The position numbers were made by a program, and so were the translations under genes. A stretch of DNA of 64,000 bases from Callorhinchus milii. Taxonomy: Eukaryota. The stretch covers positions 128,652,001 to 128,716,000 of the forward strand of contig NW_024704742.1 of assembly GCF_018977255.1 (NCBI RefSeq), read 5' to 3'. Shown one piece after another: positions 57,125 through 64,000 of the stretch (positions within the stretch are counted from its first letter, which is position 1; each line of letters begins with the position of its first letter). Under the pieces are notes generated by a model. The model saw only the letters and a program-made list of their open reading frames with translations. It had not been told where the DNA came from and did not search any database.

Positions 57125-57282
57125 ACTTCAATCCATGACTGTTTGTGGGACACTGCTGTGCGCAATTGGCTTCCGCTTTTGCCGCAAATATACAGTCAAT
57201 TCACTTGACAGTATATTCTGTGAAGCACTTTGAGACGTCTAGAAGATGTGAAAAGCGCTATATCAAATGCAAGTTTTATTAT
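57125..57282 (+). mobile_element. 5'-truncated SINE; similar tail pieces at about 20963-21062, 53858-53998, 57772-57880, 59750-59850
   Basis: Core and tail similarity to full-length copies. Confidence 0.85.
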
Positions 57283-58220
57283 AAGCAATTATTTGTGGCA
57301 ATGGATACCCCATTGTTCTTTGCAGAACATAGCCATTTGGTAAGAGTTTTCCCCTCCACTGCTTTTCTTCACTCCCCGCCCATTCCATATGTTCTAATTA
57401 CCCAAACTTCAAAGGAATACTTTGGAAAATAACTGAATTTCAAATTGAAAATTAATCATTATTTGAAGCGAACGGCATCATTTTCAGTATTAAATTGCAG
57501 GAAAAAAGCTAACAAGCACTTAATGTAACATTCCTCTTATTTTTAGCAGCTAGATATCTGGTACAAATTGTAATCCATAGGCATCACTGTTCTAAGCATA
57601 TGTTTACTTCAGTTACAGCTCCTAAAAAAAATACATCAACCTACTACTGGATTGATAGTGTTTTGATACAGAAGAATCACTTATAAGGCAGGTGGGTGCA
57701 CTGTGGACCAGCTGATCCTCTAATATATCCAGTTAGAGTGGAATTATCTGCATTACCAACTACTACCTTATTATAATAATAATCTTTGCATTTGATATAG
57801 CGCTTTTCACATCTTCTAGACGTCTCAAAGCGCTTCACAGAATATACTGTAAAGTGAATTGACTGTATATTTGTGAGCAAAATATTATTGTGGGTGAATT
57901 ATGAAGTTCAACTGTATGGCCATTCTAAACTACAATTGACATTACATATTTTAACAGATACAAGTGTAAAAAATGACCAAGTTCTAGCTACCTACTCCTT
58001 TTAAATGCCAACTCCACTGATTTTACATCCACTGAAAGGATCTTGCATAACCATAAAAAGTGCTCAAATTACAGAAGTTTTCTGATCAGGTTCACATCCG
58101 CTGAATAAATGCAATGGAATTCAAGACATTTCTTTTAGTACAGGTCATATCACAAATTGTTCTAGTTCTCAGGGACATTTTTCAAAACTTTTTTCTCTCC
58201 TCTAACTGCACAATTCTTAC

Positions 58221-58350
58221 CTTTGCTAGACGGCTCATCTGATCTTCTGCTGCATTGCTGCTGGTCCTGCCCGCCGTTTTAGTCGGCTCAAAACCATCTG
58301 CCTCAACATTTGGCCATACTTTCAAGTCATGCATACCCTGCCGGAACATG
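58221..58350 (-). CDS. PIK3C3: PIK3C3 exon 4 (130 bp)
   Basis: [51 protein letters not shown]. Confidence 0.97.
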
Positions 58351-61300
58351 CTGCAAAATTAAGAGCATGAAAGAAGATAGATTACTGCCAACTTCAATTG
58401 AATTATAGCTAAAGGTTCATCATCCTCATCTAATTGAGGCATCAACGGGACTCATTGTGAGCTTCAGTCACATGGACATCTATTAAATCCTGAAAAAATC
58501 TGTTATGTAGCAAATTTAGACTTCGCTCAAGACAACCAGTAAATAAAACTCGCTACCATTAGCCAATAGTATACTGCTGCTAACAATACTTAAGGATTGT
58601 TTGGTTAAAACTGACAAGTCACAAACTAGTAATGAAAGCTTCTCAAATAAAAGTAGGAATCCTACTCATGTTCATTGGATGCTTGTTTATACAAACAAGA
58701 CTTGTCAAACGAAAACAAATGTTTGAAATAGTGATATATCCTGACTTATTTTTAGAAGATTACACATTTATTCCTGCCTACCATCTCAAACAAAATGATC
58801 AGTTATAGAATCCTCCTGAGGTGTGGAAACAGGAGAGAGAAAAAAAAAATCATATAAAACCAATTTTGGATGCTTGTGGGCATTATCAGCATTGTAAGAG
58901 TGAAAAGTTTCAGCACTTTCAATTTATTAAATGGAGAAATGCTTGAAGGAGAATATGCGATCCAGGGCTGAATACGTAACAGTTCTTTTGAAAGCCGAAG
59001 ACATAAAAGAAAATTCTGATTGCTAACATGTGAAATAAAACTGGGAACGCTACCCAAAATAATAAGCCTGAATGATAAGTAGCACAACATCGATGCTCTA
59101 ATGCTTGGTAAGACAAGCAGTTTAAACGTAAAGCACTGGAGGTCACTCACATGATGGCTCACAAGATTCTGAGTCATTCATAGCTTTCAATTACAATAAT
59201 ACTTCACAGCCCACAATCATGTGCAAATTGTTTATTTCTAACACGCGCAATCTGAAGGAAGAGCATAACTTTAATCCCAACATCAAAACAGACAGGATAG
59301 TTTGAGAGAAACAAAAATAAATGAATTAGTCAAGAGCAGACATAAAATCGGGTGGATTTTATTTCAACTTTTAGAATATATAAAGGTCACCATTTCTGAA
59401 CCACAAAACTTTTAGTCCATTACATACTATATACATGTGGAAAATGTTTAATTACTTGTATAATTCTAGAAATTAGAATACAGTATGAGTGACTGATACC
59501 ATCATATAATTTAAAAGGGAATTATATCTTTCAGGTGAGTCGCACTGCACTATTTGAAAAGGGAACAAAGTTTCTCCCAATGTCTTGGCTAACAATCTCC
59601 CAGATAAAATTACTCATTCACTTCATGGCTGTTAGTGGAACATATCTGTGCACAAATTGGATACTGCATTTGCTAACACTCATAGTCACTATACTTTACA
59701 GAAAACCCAAAGTGCTTTCACGTGATTTACTTTTGATAGTGCCTTAAATAGTTGCATTTGATATAGTGCCTTATCACATCTTCGAAACATCTCAAAGTGC
59801 TTCACAGAATATATTGTAAAGTGAATTGACAAAATTTTGTGTGCGAAACCCTTATTTTGTGAGGAAAGACACAATACATTATGTCAAACGTTTGAAGGGG
59901 AAGAATGCAGATGAGTACCTGGCGGGGAGCAGGGGGAAAAAGAGGGAACTGATAAGTTGTTTGCTCTGGTGGATGAGCTAAATTGGTTGTAGCATATCCA
60001 CTGAACAGCCACTGAGCTCCACTGTATACTTATCATTTCTCAGTCAATTCTAGATCATGAGTAGAAGTGGTTTACAAAAAGTTACTTCCCAAGCCATTTG
60101 GCTCATAAAGTCTTTTCTCCACATTTGTCACCTAAGGTAATTCCACTCTCCGGCACTTCACCATAACCTGAAATACCTATATGCTTGAAGCATCTAAGCA
60201 ATTCCTTTTGGTTTGGAAAAATAATCAATGGACTCTGCTTCAACCATGCTGTGGGGCAAGGAATTCCTAAATCCAACCATTCACTGTGGGAAGACATTTT
60301 CTAAACTCATTCCACTTGTAATTTAAATTATATGCAGGGCTTCTGATTTTGAGGGGTTATTTTTTAAGCAATTTTAGTCTTATAAATCAGGGATTTGTGG
60401 GGGGGGGCTTCATTGCTGTTCTAAGAGGACTTGCCTGCGCACATGGAGAGGAAAGAGGCACCCTCATGCATGTCCAGCACCTCCCTCCTCTCAAACACTT
60501 TACCAGATGTGCGTGCGCGAAACAGAGGAGGGAGCAGCAGAAAGCGACGCACGTGTGTTGACACAACAGGAGGCCGTAGAGAGCCAGAAAGCGGGAAACA
60601 ACGTAACCTCGGAGTTAAGTTGAAAGTTATGACAGACATTTATTTTTAAATCCGTAGTTTAAGAACAACAAAACTTGGGTAAGTATGCGAGCAGCAGAGT
60701 TCTGAATCAGCTGGATCTTTTGAATAATGGAGCTGGGGAGACCGGCGAGGAGTGCGATTAAGTAATCCAGGCGGGAGGTGACAAATGCATGCATGACGAT
60801 TTCAGCTGCCTCATTGTACACAAAACTAATAGAAGATAACTAGTTTAATCAGGGTTTATCAGTTAAAATAAAAATTCAGAACCCTTAATTATGAACCCTT
60901 TCATTATAGTCTTGCCAACCAGCAGAAATATTTTATATGTATCACCCTTCATAAAACTTGCAAACTTTAGATCATGTCTTCCCTCAACCTTCTCAACTCT
61001 AATATAAAAACGTTTCAACTTCTGAAAGTCTCTCTTCATAACAAACCCTTCATCCTCTGGAAAAACATCTGGAGAATTAATGCTGCATCTTTTCTATTCT
61101 TATTATAATGGAGTGGCTATTCTGAGAATCTTCAGTTGTAGCTATGCCACAAATGTGCAAGCAAAAACACTTGTAACATATTCATCCAGTTTTTGATCAT
61201 ACTAGTTTGTGGGTGGCAGAAAAAGGAGAACATAAATATTATACTCAAAAATTCTAGTGATCCAAAGAGAAAGAAAGACTCAAACAGTGCAGAAGCAATA

Positions 61301-61367
61301 GTACCATTCACCACGTGAGAAAGCACATTTCAGCAACCATATTGGAAATCAGGAGGAAGACAGCTTA

Positions 61368-61547
<180 letters not shown>

Positions 61548-62573
61548 CTAAATGTACAAAAATGCTATTAATCTGAGATATTATTAAACGAATAATCACC
61601 ATGGAGGATTTATCAGCCAGTGACAGACAAGAATTCTCTGTGTACTCTTGGGGTATTAATCATGCAAACAATTAATTCTGTAGAGCAGTAGACATGAATC
61701 ACTTTACTTTCTGACGTTCCCATCACGTTCAAACAGATATGGAAACCGATCAGGGAGACAAAAAACAAGCTTTGTCTAAAAAAACTCGTAGAATTTACAA
61801 TAGATCTTATTTCTATTTAACATGAAAATACCTGAAGAATGAACAGCATTTTCTTAAATGGATAGGTTAATATTATACACCAGATACTTTGGACATTTGC
61901 AGTTTTATTATTATAATTTGTTTTAGTGTCATGATGTGCAAACTGAGAACTAGTCAACAGAAGAATATTGAAAATTTCCTAGGTCTACTATACTTGAAGG
62001 ATTAAAAAGACATTTACGTTGGGTGCCATGGTTCTTCTACCCTCATAAGATGCACAGATACTCACACACATTGGATAAAATGAGTCACTCTGATGCATTG
62101 TTCAAAAGAGCTGATGGATCGATACTCTGTATGTCTAAGAGTCTTCAACTTTGGGCACTAAAAGTGGAATCTTTATTCCAAGCACTGACAATCTTTATCT
62201 GGAGTAGCAAAGAAATTAGCTCTCAAATAAACACAATACTAAATTTCAGGGTGAAAGGATGATCCCACATCTTGCAGACACCACATTGTACACAAAACTA
62301 ATGGAAGTTAGCTAGTTCCAATAGTACAGGAAAACAGACACACATATTCACACACACGAAAAAACATTTATGGCAAGACAGTTTTAAGTAAATTTGTTTC
62401 CAGATAAATGCCGCATGATCAGCACAACAAGAAACAATAATACTAATACGGTTGTCGATACTTCAGACTATCCCTACTGAATCATTTCATCTGTTTCAAA
62501 GTAAAATTTTTCACATTACATTAAAGGGAGTTGCCTAGATTATGTGACGCTCCATGACTAAATTCAATAAACT

Positions 62574-63640
62574 AGTGGTAGGGATAGACGGGTCCTTTTC
62601 AGATTGGCGGGATGTGACTAGTGGAATGCCACAAGAATCAGTCCTTGGGCCTCAGCTATTTACCATCTACATCAACGATCTAGATGAGGACATCGAAGTT
62701 AATATATCTAAATTCGTGGATGACACAAAACTAGGAGGAAGTGTCAAGACAGAGGACGACATTAAAAAAATGCAGCGCGACATAGATAGGTTAGGTGATT
62801 GGGCAGGTAGGTGGCAGATGAAGAATAATGTAGGGAAGTGCAAAGTCATCCACCTAGGTAGCAAAAACAGTAGAGCGGGTTATTTTTTAGAAGAGGAGAG
62901 ATTAGAATGTGTTAATGTCCAGAGGGACTTGGGTGTCCTTGTACACCAATCACAGAAAGTTAGTCTGCAGGTGCAGCAGCAATTAGGAAGGCGAACGGTA
63001 TGTTAGCATTCATTATGAAAGGATTAGAGTATAAGAGTAGGGAAGTCTTGCTGCAACTGTATAGGGCCCTGGTGAGACCACACCTGGAATACTGTGTGCA
63101 GTTTTGGTCTCCTTATTTAAGGAAGGATGTACTTGCCTTGGAAGGCTACAGCGTAGATTTACTAGGTTAGTACCAGGGATGAAGGGGATGAGTTACGAGG
63201 ATAGGCTGACCAATTTGGGCCTATATTCTGTAGAATATAGAAGAATTAGAGGGGATCTTATAGAAACCTATAAGATCATCAAAGGGCATGATAGAGTAGA
63301 TAGTGGGAGATTGTTTCCCCTGGTTGGAGAAACTAAAACCAGGGGTCACAACCTTAAAATCAGAGGCCAGCCCTTTCGCACTGAGTTGAGGAAGAACTTC
63401 TTCACTCAAAGGGTGGTGAAAGTATGGAACTCACTACCCCAAAGGGCTATTGACGCTCAGTCCTTGAACATATTCAAGACTGAGATAGATAGATTTCTTA
63501 TTGCAAAAGGGATTAAGGGATATGGGGATAAGGCAGGGTCAGGTTATTAGCTGGAGTTGGATTAGAAGATCAGCCATGATTGAATGGTGGGGCAGGCTCG
63601 AAGGGCCGAATGGCCTACTCCTGCTCCTACATGTTATGTC
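62574..63640 (+). mobile_element. CR1 LINE 3' fragment (RT C-terminal part, ORF2 end, 3' UTR), frameshifted
   Basis: VTSGMPQESVLGPQLFTIYINDL, SKFVDDTKLGG, RGDLIETYKI, FFTQRVVKVWNSLP; 3' UTR with gaagggccgaatggcctactcctgctcc. Confidence 0.95.
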
Positions 63641-63834
63641 AAACTTGAATCCCTTTTAGTCAAAGAAACTAGTTATTCAGAAACAAAATGCCAAAAAACT
63701 ACAACGCTGGAAATCTGAAACAAAAAACAAAAGTCGTTGGGAACACTCAGCATGTGTAAAACCTGTTCCTAAAGAGACCACATTCAAAAAAGCACTATAT
63801 CAAATGCAAGGATTATTATTATTATAGGTACTTA

Positions 63835-64000
<166 letters not shown>

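Noticed and set aside
62554..63550. Two 150-aa RT-like ORFs as an active element or domesticated gene
   Set aside because: 5'-truncated CR1 with frameshifts and an altered core (FVDD); an ordinary dead copy.

Overview
Eukaryotic (vertebrate) genomic DNA, most likely a cartilaginous fish; a holocephalan is suggested by the SINE/L2/CR1/Penelope repeat content (inference). The window holds coding exons 2 (partial) to 25 of PIK3C3 (Vps34, class III PI3-kinase) on the minus strand, from 64000 down to the stop at 12146, followed by the 3' UTR and about 11 kb of downstream DNA. All 23 introns read are GT-AG and the exons join in one open frame. Introns and flank are filled with a tRNA-derived Deu-type SINE sharing its 3' tail with L2 LINEs, plus L2, CR1 and Penelope fragments. 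Nearly all long ORFs in the track are L2/CR1/SINE debris. Top observation: read-through of the non-consensus exon-24 donor gives an in-frame C-terminus [16 protein letters not shown], a canonical CaaX geranylgeranylation motif, with a well-formed intronic poly(A) site downstream. This predicts a possible prenylated Vps34 isoform, untested. Several unusual retroposition structures are also visible. Repeat boundaries are approximate.
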